The notes under the pieces are model-generated. The model worked only from the letters and a program-made list of their open reading frames with translations. It was not told the DNA's origin and made no database searches. Made by a program: the position numbers and the translations under genes. From Lama glama (lineage: Eukaryota): a stretch of 64,000 nt of DNA. Location of the stretch: contig CM052837.1 of assembly GCA_028534125.1 (NCBI GenBank), forward strand, positions 36,890,001 to 36,954,000, in the 5' to 3' direction. Below are positions 50,669-63,132 of the stretch, in pieces; the first letter of the stretch is position 1; each line of letters opens with the position of its first letter.

Positions 50669-50808
50669 GATCGGGGGTGAGAAGGTCATCTTGCTGTCGG
50701 CCTCCGCCTGGGGCTTCATCACCGCCGCCACCCCGCTGCTTGCCCACCTGGGCAGCGCCCACCTGGCCTTCATGACCTTCTCGCGCATCCTCACGGGCCT
50801 GCTGCAAG
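50669..50808 (+). CDS. SLC17A9: SLC17A9 exon 3
   Basis: IGGEKVILLSASAWGFITAATPLLAHLGSAHLAFMTFSRILTGLLQ; includes the conserved TM4 Arg (R125); 140 nt. Confidence 0.96.
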
Positions 50809-52688
50809 GTAGGGAGGGCCGCGGCAGCTGCCCTCACGCCGCCAGCACTCCCCCTCCGGCCCAGGCGTGCGGAGCAAGGGGAGGGTGTGCGCACGCGTGT
50901 GCAAGTGTGCACGGTGCCTGTTCAGGTGGCTGCTCATGTGCGTGCACACGTCCTCCCGTGTGCTCCTGCGTGTGCTGTGCCCCAGACCCTGCCTCAGACC
51001 AGAGCGAGGGTGCCTCCGGCTGGCTGGGCGGCTGCCCCCGGCTGCGTGGCCCGGCTGCGTGGGAGGACGGTCCCCGCCGGCGGGCTGCCCGCTGGCCTGG
51101 TGGTGTGCCGATGCCTCGGCACCTGAGGCTCTTCCCGATTTTCCCTTCAGAGTCTGGCTGTGTCTAACGTCACGTGTCCTTCTCTGCCAGAAAGTCTGCT
51201 CCAGGCACCCGGGTGGCGGCCAGGTTGCCTCGTGGTAACCGTTGGCTCCACTGGCCACATGGTGGGGACCTGCCAAATTTCTGTGCGCTGCCAGTCAGGG
51301 CCACACCTGCCGCCGGCCGGGCCAGGAGGCTGAGGGGATGCCAAGTTCCCAAGACCTCTGGCTCCCGTGCGTGGGGATATTAGACTTCCGGAGAGAGCCC
51401 CCCAAAGGTCCCCGGTGGCTGGGGTGCGTGGCCCGCCCTCCAGGGAGTGGAATGGCCTGAGCTCCTGCCCTGCTCCAGTGTGGCACCCAGCAGCCTCCAG
51501 ACCTGGGTGTGAGCCCTTCCTCCCTGCCTCTCCCTCTCCCCCTTCCCAGAGCCCAGTGCAGGACATGGGCCTGCCTCCAGCCCAAGTCCCCGGGACCCCA
51601 GACACCCTGCAACTGACCCCTGCCTGTTTCCTGGCCCGCCCCACCCGCAGCCGGTCCTGGTGGTCCAGGCAGTCCTGCTCCTGAGCTCCCACGTGGCCGT
51701 GGCTGGTGCGCTCTGTCCTGCAGCTGAAGCTCCCAGGACGGAGCTGTGCGAGGCCCAGGCATTTCTGAGCGGGGAGCTGGTCACTGGGTCCCCAGCAGGT
51801 TGGCCCTCCCCCTGCTGGGAGGCGAAAGGACTTCTCTCTGTGGCTGACCTGTGCCCATTATTGCAGACAGCCTGGGGCTCAAGGGGCAGCTTTCGCCCTG
51901 GGTGGCTGGCACTCGGGGTGGGCAGGAACCCAGCTGGGGCCCCAGTGGGAGGGCAGGGACCAAGACCTGCCCCGGAGCCCTGGCCTCTGAGCTTCCCGAG
52001 TGCTTTTGGAGAAAAGCGCGATGAAACCGACAGAAGCTGCAGTCCCCAGTGCAGATTTTTTTAACGCTAGATTTTGAAATAATTATAGATTCGGAGAACG
52101 CTGCAGTGAAAGGTGCAGGGAAGTCCTTCGCGCCCTCCCCCCTCTCCGCGGGGGCACCTCGTGTAGCTGCAGGACGATGTCAGATTCAGGACCTGGTACT
52201 ATGGCTCCGCGGGGCCATTCAGGTCTCACCTGATGCACATGCCCTGTGTGGGTCAGTGCGTGTGTGCTACTGTGACCCGTGTGTGAGTCTGAGTCAGTGC
52301 GTGTGCGTGTGCATGTATGCAGGTCGCAGGCGTGCGTATGCGTGTATGCAGGTCGCAGGCATGCGCTCGAGCCTGCACCTGCCAGGACCCTGGAGCTGTG
52401 CGCTCTGGGAGCCCACGTAATGGCGGTAGGAGCACCAACGTGGACCCAGGAGCTGTCCTGGTGGAAGGACGCCCCCCGCCAAGCTGAGTGTCTAGGAAAA
52501 GCCCAGCCCTGCTGGTCCCCTGGTCCCTGGGGTGAGTCAAGCAGGAAGGACATGCGGACTTGAATAACCACCAATGGCCCAGCAGAGCTTCAGGGCCTGG
52601 CTGTCACCTCCCGCTGGCCCCCTGGCTGGGCCCGCGTGCCGGCTTGGGTCGCAGCTCCACGGGGCCTCTGCCTTCTCTGCCACTCCAG

Positions 52689-52788
52689 GGGTCTACTTCC
52701 CTGCGCTGACCAGCCTGCTGTCGCAGAAGGTGCGGGAGAGCGAGCGGGCCTTCACCTACAGCACCGTGGGGGCCGGCTCCCAGTTCGG
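52689..52788 (+). CDS. SLC17A9: SLC17A9 exon 4
   Basis: GVYFPALTSLLSQKVRESERAFTYSTVGAGSQFG; flanked by ccag| and |GTGAGT; 100 nt. Confidence 0.96.
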
Positions 52789-54058
52789 GTGAGTCCCAGC
52801 CTGGGGGCGGTCGGGGGAAGGCAAAGGGTGTGCACCCGGCACAGCGGCCCTGAGGAGTCTGGGCGGGGACAGGCGACACACATCCAGGTACGCACCGTGG
52901 GCTCTGTGCCCCAGGAGGCACTCGCCACCCCCCCGTCCCTGTGCAAAGTGCTTCTCCCTGTGCACGCTCCACCCCCCAGGGCCAGCGGCAGGTGGCACAG
53001 GCTTTGGGGCTTGGGCACATGGACTGGGCATCAAGCTCCCGAGCGTCCATCTGTGCTGACAGAACAGGGTGTCCACCCGACGGTGGGCAGATGGCCTGTA
53101 TTCCGACTCGAGGGGACCTGCCACCGTTCAGATGTGAAAGCTGTGCCCCTTCTCCCTGCGTCACCCTCAGAGCTCTAGGTCCTCCCTGGGGAGACCTGTG
53201 GGGCTTCACGACTCCCCCTCACTTCGCTGCTGCCCGGGTCTAGGCAGGAATTCGGAGGGCCGAGGGGTGCCTGTGGGTGGGCCGGGAGCAGCCCGAATAG
53301 AAACCCCCAGGTTCTCAGTGAAACGTGAACCTCGGATAAGCAGTTTGGGGCACACTTGCACTGAGAAAGGGTGTCTGTTCTTCTGAAATCCTGTTTGCCC
53401 AGGCGTCCTGGGCCCACGGGGCAGAAGGCCCAGCGAGCGAGCGACTGTGCCCGCCTCCCAGACTGGGAAATGGAGGCTGGGAGGAGGGGCAAGTGGCCTT
53501 TCACAGGCCCCCTGGCCTTGGTGGGGGGCTTCCTCCTTTTCTCCTCCTTTCACTGTCTCCTGGCCAGATGTCAGCAGATGGGGGGCCGCAGGCGGACCCC
53601 TGAACAGACAGGCCAACCGGTGGGCCGGGAGGGAGGGCCCCGGGGCGTGCCTGGGACAGTGGGGCCAGCAGGGCCGGGGGCGGGTGGGGGCTGGGTTTCC
53701 TGGCCGTTTGCACTGAGAGACCTTCCTGAACGGTCCCCCCTCCAACGGTGACGCTGAGCCGCCCGAAGGTTTTACGCCAGCGTGCTCTGGGCGCCGTTTT
53801 CTTTCCGCTGCCGTTTCCACTCGGAGAGGCTCCGCACCACAGCTGTCGGCCAGCGTGGAGGCCTGGCCACCTGGGCCGCTGTGCCTCGCCGCAGCCCCGC
53901 GGCCCCAGGGGTCTCGTGGAAGCCTGCGTCCCTAGCAGCCTGCGAGGAGACTGGGGCTCCCGAGCCCTTGCCTTACGGGCGACGAAAGCACCCTTTTTAT
54001 GGGGAATCGGCTCACACCGGGTGGGTCTCCTCCCAGCAAAGCCCCTCTGTTGGAACAG

Positions 54059-54189
54059 GACGCTGCTGACGGGGGCCGCGGGCTCCCTGCTCCTGGACTG
54101 GTGCGGCTGGCAGAGCGTCTTCTATTTCTCCGGCGGGCTCACCCTGCTGTGGGTGTGGTACGTGTACAGGTGCCTGTTGAGTGAGAAAG
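54059..54189 (+). CDS. SLC17A9: SLC17A9 exon 5
   Basis: TLLTGAAGSLLLDWCGWQSVFYFSGGLTLLWVWYVYRCLLSEK; 131 nt. Confidence 0.96.
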
Positions 54190-54723
54190 GTACGCGCAGC
54201 TGCTGGGAAGGGCCAGGGCCCGGCGCCTCGTCCCCTCCGGCGAGGGGCCACTGACCGCCCGCAGAGCAGGCCAGCTCAGCGGGACCCCGGGGCTGCGGCC
54301 TCCCTCTTTAGAGAAGGGTCCCCCAGACAGAGCCTCACAGAAGGTGCCGCTCCCGGAGCTCTCGGCCCAGTTGTGGCCACGACCAGCCCGACAGCCGTGT
54401 TGAATGAGAGGGGGTGTGCTGGGAGCTGCCCGGCTGGCAGAGGCAGTTGGCAGGACCAGTGGTGGCTTCTAGTGGCAGGAGCCTGGGGGTTGAGGACAAG
54501 GGGTGTGGGCAGGATAGATGAACAAACAGAAAGTTTGTTCAAACTAGACACTGGTGTTGGCCCCCAAGGGCAAACGCTGCCGACCCCGGGCACTGATGGA
54601 GAGGAAGGGGTGGCCCCACGCGGAGCCAGGGTGCCCACGAGCTGCCCCAGCGCTGGCCTCTGGGAGCAGAGCCGTTGGCCTGACTCGAATGGCGCTCACG
54701 GGGAAATGCCTTGCTCCCTTCAG

Positions 54724-54820
54724 ATCTCCTCCTGGCCTTGGGCGTCCTGGCACAGGGCCTGCGGGTGACTAGGCACACCAAAGTGCCCTGGAGACGGCTC
54801 TTCTGGAAGTCTTCCGTCTG
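54724..54820 (+). CDS. SLC17A9: SLC17A9 exon 6
   Basis: DLLLALGVLAQGLRVTRHTKVPWRRLFWKSSVW; 97 nt. Confidence 0.95.
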
Positions 54821-55004
54821 GTGAGCCTGGCTGCCATGAGTCGCAGTCACAGTGGGTGTGCCGGGATGGATGGGGTTTGGGGCCCTGGGGACACTGACCA
54901 CAGGGCGAGCGGCCGCGCAAGGCGCCCTCAGGCCCCTGGCCGCCCTGGTGTGGGACGGGGCTTGGGTGGAGGCGAGGACCCTGAGCCTGGCGCCCGCCCC
55001 CCAG

Positions 55005-55101
55005 GGCAGCCATCATCTCCCAGCTCTCGGCGGCTTGTTCCTTCTTCATCCTCCTCTCCTGGCTGCCGACCTTCTTTAAGGAGACCTTCCCCAACTCCAA
55101 G
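55005..55101 (+). CDS. SLC17A9: SLC17A9 exon 7
   Basis: AAIISQLSAACSFFILLSWLPTFFKETFPNSK; 97 nt. Confidence 0.95.
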
Positions 55102-55637
55102 GTGGGTTGGCCACCCGGCGGCTGGCGGCTCACAGGGTGGGGGCGCCACAAAGCACGTGCCAGGCGTGCACAGGGGCCCTGGGCTCCTCGGACTGGGACT
55201 CTGGCCGCCCTGACCCCACGCGGCTCGATGCCGGCGCCTGGGTGCGCACTGGAGGGGCGCAGCTGCTGCCCCGTCCGCCCAGCCCAGCCGGGACGGCCCT
55301 TCCCGGCGAGGGCCACACGGGGGCCGTGATGTGGACGTGGACGTCACCTGCCGGTCAGCTAGGCTGACTCCACCCCACCTTGGCCACCTGCCGGGTTCTG
55401 TGACCAGGGGACGGGGTGCGTCCCCCCAGGTCGGCCTGGCGGGATGTGGGGAGCCCTGTGGGAGGTTCTGCCCACGGGAGATACTGCACTAGTGGGCCCA
55501 GAGCTCTGCCAGAGGGATGAGTTAGGGTCTGGAGGGGCCCAGCCTGTGGGCTGAGCGCCCCTCTGGGCTGCGGTGGGCATGGCTGCTCATCCTGTCCTGG
55601 GTGGCCGCCTCATGGCTCTCCACCCTCCTTCCTGCAG

Positions 55638-55725
55638 GGCTGGGTCTTCAACGTGGTGCCCTGGCTGGTGGCCATTCCTGCTGGTCTGCTCAGCGGGCTT
55701 CTCTCTGACCGTCTCATCAGTCAGG
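55638..55725 (+). CDS. SLC17A9: SLC17A9 exon 8
   Basis: GWVFNVVPWLVAIPAGLLSGLLSDRLISQ; 88 nt. Confidence 0.95.
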
Positions 55726-56435
55726 GTGAGCTCTGGGGGCGGGGCTGGGTGGGGGGACATGCCTGGGCTTTGCCTCCCCTGGGGGGTAGGGAGGCACCCC
55801 TCCTGGGCTGCAGCTGTAGTGACGGGAAGAGGCCACGCCCCCGGAGGACCAGGCTGTGAGTGGGACCCCCAGCATTAGGACACAGTCGTGCTGTGACCAT
55901 GCAGCTCCCTGACCTGGGGCCTAGATGCAGCACCACCCCCTTCAGAGGAGGAAAGGACACCTGGGGAGATTAGAAGTTGCAGGCCTGGGTGGGCTGTGCA
56001 CGTCAGGTGCTGGCCTGGGACCTGAGGGCACATTCCCCGAGGATGACCGTCTCGCACACACGCACACTCCCCACGACCCTGCATTACATGTGCGGTCCTT
56101 CTTAAATGTCTTGTCCTAATTACAAAAGGGCCACCCCACACACTGTGGAAAAATTAGAAAATTTGCAGAAACGCAAAGAAAGCACTTTGTCACTGTCGAG
56201 CGGCCTCGGCCCTGGGGACCCTTCGAGTACACACGTCCTGCAGGGCAGATGCCGTCACAAGCACTCACACGTGTGCTCACACTTCACCACGACACAGGGA
56301 GCCCCACCTCTAGCTGGGCCTGTCCCTCCTCTCCCCGCCCCCTCCCCCGAGCTGTGCCTAAGGGACCCACTCCCGGGGCGTCGGTGGGGGAACAAATGGG
56401 CCAACGGGACGTCTCCTGGCTTCCCTTCTGTTCAG

Positions 56436-56470
56436 GTTACAGGACCATTACCGTGCGGAAGTTCATGCAG
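56436..56470 (+). CDS. SLC17A9: SLC17A9 exon 9
   Basis: (G)YRTITVRKFMQ; flanked by ttcag| and |GTAGGA; 35 nt. Confidence 0.93.
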
Positions 56471-56858
56471 GTAGGAGGGTCCTGGATGGCACTCTCTGGA
56501 TGCCCTTGCTCTGTTCCCGGGACCCGAGGGTCGTGTCCCCATATCACCTGACCTAGCAGTGGCTGGTGCACCACGGCGGCCGGAGGGCACCCTGGGTCAG
56601 TGCTGGGGCCTGGTTTGGCTGACTTGAGGCCCTTGTCTGAGCCCCGGTCTTCTGGGCCTGGGACTGCTCACGTTGAATGGGGCCTCCTCCCTTTGGCTCC
56701 TGCCAGCAGGGCCAGCTTAGTAGCGCAGCCTTGTCCCACGTGTCCTCTGGGCAGGCCCAGGCCCATGAGGGGTTTCCCACTGACCCGTGCCCAGGCCGCC
56801 AGGGAAGGGGGAAGGGGGAAAGGGGATGGGGCCCCGTCCCCACTCGTCTCTCCTGCAG

Positions 56859-56974
56859 GTGATGGGCCTCGGCCTGTCCGGTGTTTTCGTCCTGTGTTTG
56901 GGTCACACCTCGAGCTTTTGTATGTCTGTGGTCTTTGCATCGGCCTCCATCGGCCTCCAGACCTTCAACCACAG
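56859..56974 (+). CDS. SLC17A9: SLC17A9 exon 10
   Basis: VMGLGLSGVFVLCLGHTSSFCMSVVFASASIGLQTFNH; 116 nt. Confidence 0.95.
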
Positions 56975-57585
56975 GTGAGGGCTGGGTGCCCCATCCGCTA
57001 GAGCTGCCCACACTGCCTTTGGGCTCCAGGTCCTGGGCACACTGGAAAAGCCACCTGGCTCAGGACACATGTGGATGGTGGGCACGCGGCAGGTCCCCAA
57101 AAGTGAGGTTGTTGGGGTTTCAGGCTGGCGTGGACCTGGGCCATTTGGAAAAACAAAGCCGGTGCCTCAGGAGGGGCCAGGAGGGGAGGTGCTGGCCTGC
57201 AGTCCAGGCAGCATCTTCTGACCAGACGTGGGCCCGTCCTCGTCCTCGTCCTCGTCCTCCGTCTGGTCTGCCGTCCTCCTGACTGCGCAGCAGCTCAGTG
57301 TTTAACCAGCACTGCGCTGACGTTGTTTTGGGAATCGGCGACTTGACGTTGTTTTCCAGTTAGTGGACAGCAGACACGTGTGCGTTGGAGCAAACTTGCC
57401 TTCCCGTTGTTTGCTGCGTCCCGGGAGTGGGCTCCTGTGCCGTGGCACCACTGGGCGGGGGCCGAGCTCCTGGCCTGGCAGGCGGCTGGTCTCCGGGATC
57501 CAGGTGCTCAGAGGACTGACCGCGGGCTCAGTGGGTGGCGGCAGCCCTGTGGCCACTCGCCTGCCTCCTTTCCTCTTTCCCACAG

Positions 57586-57641
57586 TGGCATTTCCGTCAA
57601 CATCCAGGATCTGGCCCCATCCTGTGCTGGCTTTCTGTTTG
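57586..57641 (+). CDS. SLC17A9: SLC17A9 exon 11
   Basis: (S)GISVNIQDLAPSCAGFLF; 56 nt. Confidence 0.95.
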
Positions 57642-57799
57642 GTGAGGCCCAAGGCCCCTGTTTGAATAGGAAGTGGCTGCCCCCACCCCGGGCCGTGCTC
57701 ACCCCTTCACCCCTCCTGGGCTCCCAGGCAGGTGGCCGTGGGAGGGTCACAGCTGGCCTCCTCTGACCTGTCCTTGCTCTCTCTCTGTCCTGTTCACAG

Positions 57800-57829
57800 G
57801 TGTGGCCAACACAGCTGGGGCCTTAGCAG
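57800..57829 (+). CDS. SLC17A9: SLC17A9 exon 12
   Basis: (G)VANTAGALA; flanked by ttcacag| and |GTGAGA; 30 nt. Confidence 0.93.
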
Positions 57830-58303
57830 GTGAGAGGTGGGCCAGGGCTCCCTGCCTGCAGGTTTCAAGCCCAGAGTTCCCTGGGGGGCCGCCTGGCTGC
57901 CCCACTTCATGTCCTCCCACCCGCTCCGGCTGCTTCAGCCTTGCAGGATGGGGCGTGGCGCCCTTTGGGGGGGTCTCACTGTCAGACTAGTGCGGTGGGG
58001 TTGGGTGGCCTAGGCCGCAGAGCTGGCCCCCAGAGAGAGCAGAGCAGCCTTCCCCAGGGTCTCTCTCCTGATGTCACGTAATGACCACCCCCACCAGCCT
58101 GATCCACAGACGTGACTGAGAGCCCTGAGGTCCGGGGTCCCCACAGGTCGAGGGCTCCCATGGAAATGAGGGGTTTCACTCCCTCAGGACCTGCCGGCCT
58201 TCCTGCAGGTCCCCAGCCCCAGCTCCTCTCCTGCACTGTCCTCGGGGTTCTGGTGGGGGAGCTGCCTGTGACCCAGCCTGCCTGTCCCATCTCTCGGACA
58301 CAG

Positions 58304-58467
58304 GTGTCGTGGGCGTGTGCCTGGGCGGCTACCTCATCGAGACCACGGGCTCCTGGACGTCTGTGTTCAACCTGGTGGCCGCCATCAGCAGCCTGGGGCT
58401 GTGCACCTTCCTGGTGTTCGGGAAGGCCCAGCGGGTGGACCTGAGCCCCATCCATGAGGACCTCTAG
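58304..58467 (+). CDS. SLC17A9: SLC17A9 exon 13 CDS (stop TAG; protein 436 aa)
   Basis: (G)VVGVCLGGYLIETTGSWTSVFNLVAAISSLGLCTFLVFGKAQRVDLSPIHEDL*; exons sum to 1311 nt. Confidence 0.96.
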
Positions 58468-58553
58468 CTGCCCTGGCCCATCGTCCCCTGAGGACCCGGC
58501 GCCACCAGCCTTGGGGAGCAGAGCCAGTTTAAGAGCCTCTTGCTCCTGGTGTA

Positions 58554-58587
58554 TGAGCCTCGGAGTGAGCCTCGGAGTGAGCCTCGG
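58554..58587. repeat. 12-bp tandem repeat TGAGCCTCGGAG x2.8 in the SLC17A9 3' UTR
   Basis: Read directly from the sequence. Confidence 0.9.
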
Positions 58588-59265
58588 TCAGGCGGGAGGG
58601 TGGGGCCGTCGCTGGCCCTGGGCCGCCCGGGTGGGGCCTGGTTCCTTGCCCGTGGGGGACTGCACCCCCCTCTCAGGGTTGGTGGGACTGCGGGGTGTTT
58701 AGCAGCACCCCCGGCTCCCACCCACTAGACGAGCCTCCAGTCATGACAGCCAACAGTGTCTCCTGACGTCACCAAGTGTCCCCAGGGACCGGCCCCCGGT
58801 GGGAACCACAGCTCCCGAGGAAGGCCATGGAGGGTGGGGAGGCATTTCTGCTTCTCCAAACGGTCAGGCTGAGGCCACCAGTTCAACGGGTTGTGAGGTC
58901 TTGAGCCTTTGCCCATCCTTGGCGACCCCACCCCCGGTGACCCCCTCCCGTGAATCCCTGGGCCCTGGCCATTCATTCTGCTTCCCTGGTGCCTCCGGCC
59001 CTGAGGGGAGGGTGGGCACCCCTCCGGGCCAGGACGCACCCCGGAGCCCGGGCAGAGCCACCTTTCCGCACTGTCTCTCACCCTTCCTGTTCACGGTAGA
59101 GAAGCTGTCGTCTCGTGAATTAATAATAGATTTTGCCAGATGTTTACGTAGACAAAAGAAACTATGGGAATGTGGAAAATTACACCAGAGCCTCATTTAA
59201 ATGCTGACTATTAAAGTATTTAAAGAGACGACGATGATATTATTTAACACTCTTTTTATAAAAAG

Positions 59266-59271
59266 AATAAA
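59266..59271 (+). terminator. SLC17A9 poly(A) signal AATAAA (ATTAAA also at 59210-59215)
   Basis: Hexamers in an AT-rich island ~800 nt after the stop. Confidence 0.7.
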
Positions 59272-59789
59272 TGCACGTTAAAGATTTATTTCACTCATTC
59301 GAGGAAACCAGCAAAGCGTTACAAACAGGTCAAAAGGAAATCCCAAGAGCGGACTCCGGGGGCTGGTTCCCTGAGTGCGCAGCCGCAGCGAAGCTGCAGG
59401 GTCTCGCTGCTGCTTGGGACGGACCCTGGCTGCGTGTCGCGGGTCAGAGTGGCTCGGCGTTGCTGTCAGCTGTGTGCAGGGCTGTGCAGCTTCCAGGGTC
59501 AGCCAGCTCGTAATTTTCCACGTAAGCCCAGATTTCCCCCTCCAGTCCCCCCACTTTGGATCACAAAGAATCTGAAAGAAGGTTTCTTGATTACAGAGTG
59601 AGTCTGTCCCCCGTGGGTTTGGCCTGGTTGTTTACAGAGGTGCGGCAAGAATGTTAATTTATCATAAAGGCCGATGTGTTTTCATGGGAAGCCTGGGGTG
59701 AGGGGATGGGGGACTTCTGCGCTGTCCTGGGTCCTGGGCTGGGAACCCAGCCAGGAAACCCCCCACGTGGGGTGGGGGCGGCCGTCCCC

Positions 59790-60110
59790 ACCATCATCTC
59801 CATGACTCATCTTCCCAAACTGAGACTGTCCCGGCTAAACACTCACTCCTGTTTCCCACCCCCAGCCCCAGACAGCCACCATCTACTTTTTCGGTCTCTA
59901 TGACAATGACTCCGTGGGGAACTTCGCGGAAGTGTTGGTCCTTTTGTGACTGGTTCGATTCGCTAAGCAAAGTGTCCTCAAGGCTCATCCACGCAGCCGT
60001 GTGCATGACGCTCTGTTAAAGGGTGGACCACTCCTCCTTTGTCCATTCGCCCAGGACTCCTGGGCTGCTGTGAATTTGCTGCTGTGGGCCTGAGTGTGAG
60101 AGTAACACCT
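59790..60110 (-). mobile_element. L1MA/MB 3' UTR fragment
   Basis: CATCTTCCCAAACTGAGACT...CCCCCAGCCCCAGACAGCCACCATCTACTTT...TCCTTTTGTGACTGG...TCAAGGCTCATCCACG. Confidence 0.7.
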
Positions 60111-63100
60111 GTCTCTTTAACCCACAGCAAACTGTGAACTCTTGGTGAGAGTCAGAGAAGAGAGCGCTCTCCCACGGGAACCCAGTCATCTGGGGTCTCG
60201 GTGCCTTGAGCCCGGAAGGGGTGTAGGACCCCGGAGGTGCTGGTGGGCCCTGCTCAGAAGGGGAGGCTAGGGCATGTGTGTACACTGGGATCCCAGGCCT
60301 CCGGGACATGGAGTCTGGTCACACTTTTGCCTCCGCCTCACAGAGCCACAGAGGGAGGAGCTGGGATTTGGGGGCACTGGGCCTGCTGTGGGGCGGCTGG
60401 GCCCAGCCTTCTCCCATCACTGCTGGTCCTGATCCTCAGTGTCACCAGGAGCTGGGTATAACCCCCTAACCCTTCCCAGGGCCAATGTTGGGAGTGGCTC
60501 CCCAGACTCCTGGCAGAAGTGTTCCCTGGTGGGGAGGGTGCTGTCAGCAGGGAGAGGCGGGGAGGGCAGCCCTGGCCCATGTTTTTATCTGGCGCAGCCA
60601 GGCTCAAATACGTCCCCACCCCTGGGCATCCCTGGCACAATCCCAGGGCCAGCGCCTACCCTGAGCCCAAGCAGCTGCGTCCATGAAGCAGCGGCGGGGG
60701 GGGGGGGAAGGGCAGGGGTCTGGAGGGTCACCACCACCAGACACCAAACCTGCTGTTCCTTCACCCCCAGGAGGAGGGGCTCTGGCCACTTGTGTGTACG
60801 TTTGTGTACGGCGTGTGTGTATTTGTGTACGGCGTGTCTGTGCACGTGTCTGCATTGCCCACAACCAGGAGGTGCCTCAGGAGGGCGAGAGCGCTGTCTC
60901 CCTGCAGCTGGCCGACAGAGGGCGCCATCCGACAGGGCTTTGTCCCCCCAGCCCCCAGCAGCTGTCCCAGATCCTCCCTGGGACGCCACACGGGGAGCTA
61001 CGGGGTTCGGCCACCAGGGCTCATGTCCGCCGGGTTCCTGACCCTCAGCTCCACAGAAGGGGAGAGGTTGGAAGGACATTCCAGGCAAGGAGGGCGCGGG
61101 CGATGGTGGGGAGGGAGGGCACGAGGCTGGACACCGTGGAGGGTGGGAGTGGGACCTGGGGAGTGGCCGGGTCTGGGGGTCTTGTGTATTGGGGCAACTT
61201 TCAAGGGCAAGGAGCCCCTCCCACCCATCCCTTCCCCAGTCTGGATCACACTGCAGGTCCCTCCCACTGGCCGCTGGGCCCACACACGTGGGGCTTCCTG
61301 TGTCGCCCTCCAAGGAGAAGCCCAGGGGCCTGCGGCCAGGACGTCTTGGTTCGAGGCTGCAGTGTTCCTCCCTGCATTCCCTCCCAAGGGCACAGGGGCA
61401 GGGCTGTCCTGTGGCAGCCTCCTTGGATGCCCTCTCCCCATCTCTGGCTCACATGTGGGGTTGTCCCCTGCTGGTCACCGTAAGTGACACTTTTCTGTCA
61501 TTTCTTTAAAACAGCCCACTTAATACTCATATTAGTATGCTAATGGCCCCGCCACCTCTCTGGGCTGCCTGCCCCCCATTTCTGGCTTTGTCCTTCAGCT
61601 GTAGGCCGGCAATGGCCTGGGGGTCCCCGCTTGCCCCCTCGGGGACTGCCACTCATCTGTCCCCAGGGGCCTTGCAGGGGCCATGCTGGGTGGTTGAGGC
61701 ACCTCCCGGGGCCATAGGCCACTTCCTGTCACATCTACAGTGGAGCCACCTTCCCTGCCACTGGCTCCCACAGAAGGAGGGGCGGGCTGCGCGTTGGAGT
61801 GCACTTCTGATGCGGATTTACTTTATTGTGTTTAATTGAACAGCGCTGAAGCTGTGGCATGAATATTCAGCGAGGAGGCTCGGAGTCTTGCCTGATGGGG
61901 GACGCGCCCCAGCACGGGGCCTGTCAAAGGGGGAGCGAGGTGGGGAAGCTATTAATTGAAATAGCTTCATTAATTAGTAATTAACAGCAAGAAAATGACT
62001 GTGTCACACGTCGTATTTCAGTGGATGCCCTTCACATGTTACGGGGCCTTTAATTAAAGGATGTGCATTTTAATTAAAGGCAAGCTCGGCCCTTTGACCT
62101 TTGGAATACAAAAGACTCTCCCAACTTCCAAAGAAGCCGGTGGGTTGGCTGGTGCAGGCGGCGGGGGGAGTGGCCACCAGGGCCCACCAGACCGGAGACT
62201 CCTCCCAGTGCAGACCCCTCGCCTTTATGCTCTCCGGGCAGGGGGCTCTGGCTGCTCCTCCCTGAGCCCAGAGGCGGTGGTCACACGGGGTCACAGGCCA
62301 GCACAGGGGGGGCCCCGGGCGGGAGAGCCCCTAGGGTCGCTGGCCCTGAGCTGGCACCATGATGCCCACACAGCCCTGCTGGCCCCGCGTCCTGTGGGTA
62401 AGGCGCCCTGAGGCTGTGAGGACACCCAGGCAAGCCTCGTGGGAGGAACAGGGTGGAGCTGCCTTCTGGCTGACCATGGGAGATCCCCCCAGACAGAGCA
62501 GACTAGCTGTCCCCAAATGCCAGACCCACAGACACAGGCGGAGAGCACACGGTGATGGGTGGGAAATGGCAGGTTTCAGGGCGGTTCGCTGAGCAGAATA
62601 GCCACCCGATCAGAGGCGGAGAGAAGACCCCGCTGGAGGCTCAAGGAGGGGTGCCTGTCCAGGTGGAGCGCAGGGGCAGGTGTGTTTGGGCGGGGTCTGG
62701 AGCAAGCTGAGGTGGGGGGGCGTTGGCTTGGAGACAGCAGCCCCAGGGAAGAGCCCTGAGCAGCAGGGGCGTCGCCGGATGGTGGGGATGCCTGCGTGCT
62801 GGCTCTGGTGAGGGTCCCTGACGGCTCTGTGGCTCTCGAGATGTTCCGAGAGAATTTGACCCCCTCCTGCAGGCAGCGTCCCGCCTTGGCCAGGTGGGCA
62901 GTGGACTTAGCTTCTGCTTCAGGAAAGAGGCAAGGGAGAGTCAGTGCCAAGGACAGACCACCAGAGACACCACTAAACGCGCAGGTACACGCGTGTGAAA
63001 TACAGCCCGCCATCCTGAGTCACCTGACCCACCAGCCCCACCAGCACGGCCTGCCGTCCTGCAAACCTGCGTGTGGCTGCCGCTTCCCCTCCTTCCTCTC

Positions 63101-63132
63101 TGGCCGGCAGGGAGAACGAGCAGCCAGCACTC

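Noticed and set aside
50305-52362. Short local duplications (GGAGGTGGCTCCTCGGAG x2 at 50305/50338; GTATGCAGGTCGCAGGC x2 near 52315-52360)
   Set aside because: Ordinary two-copy slippage duplications in introns, with no array structure or evident function.
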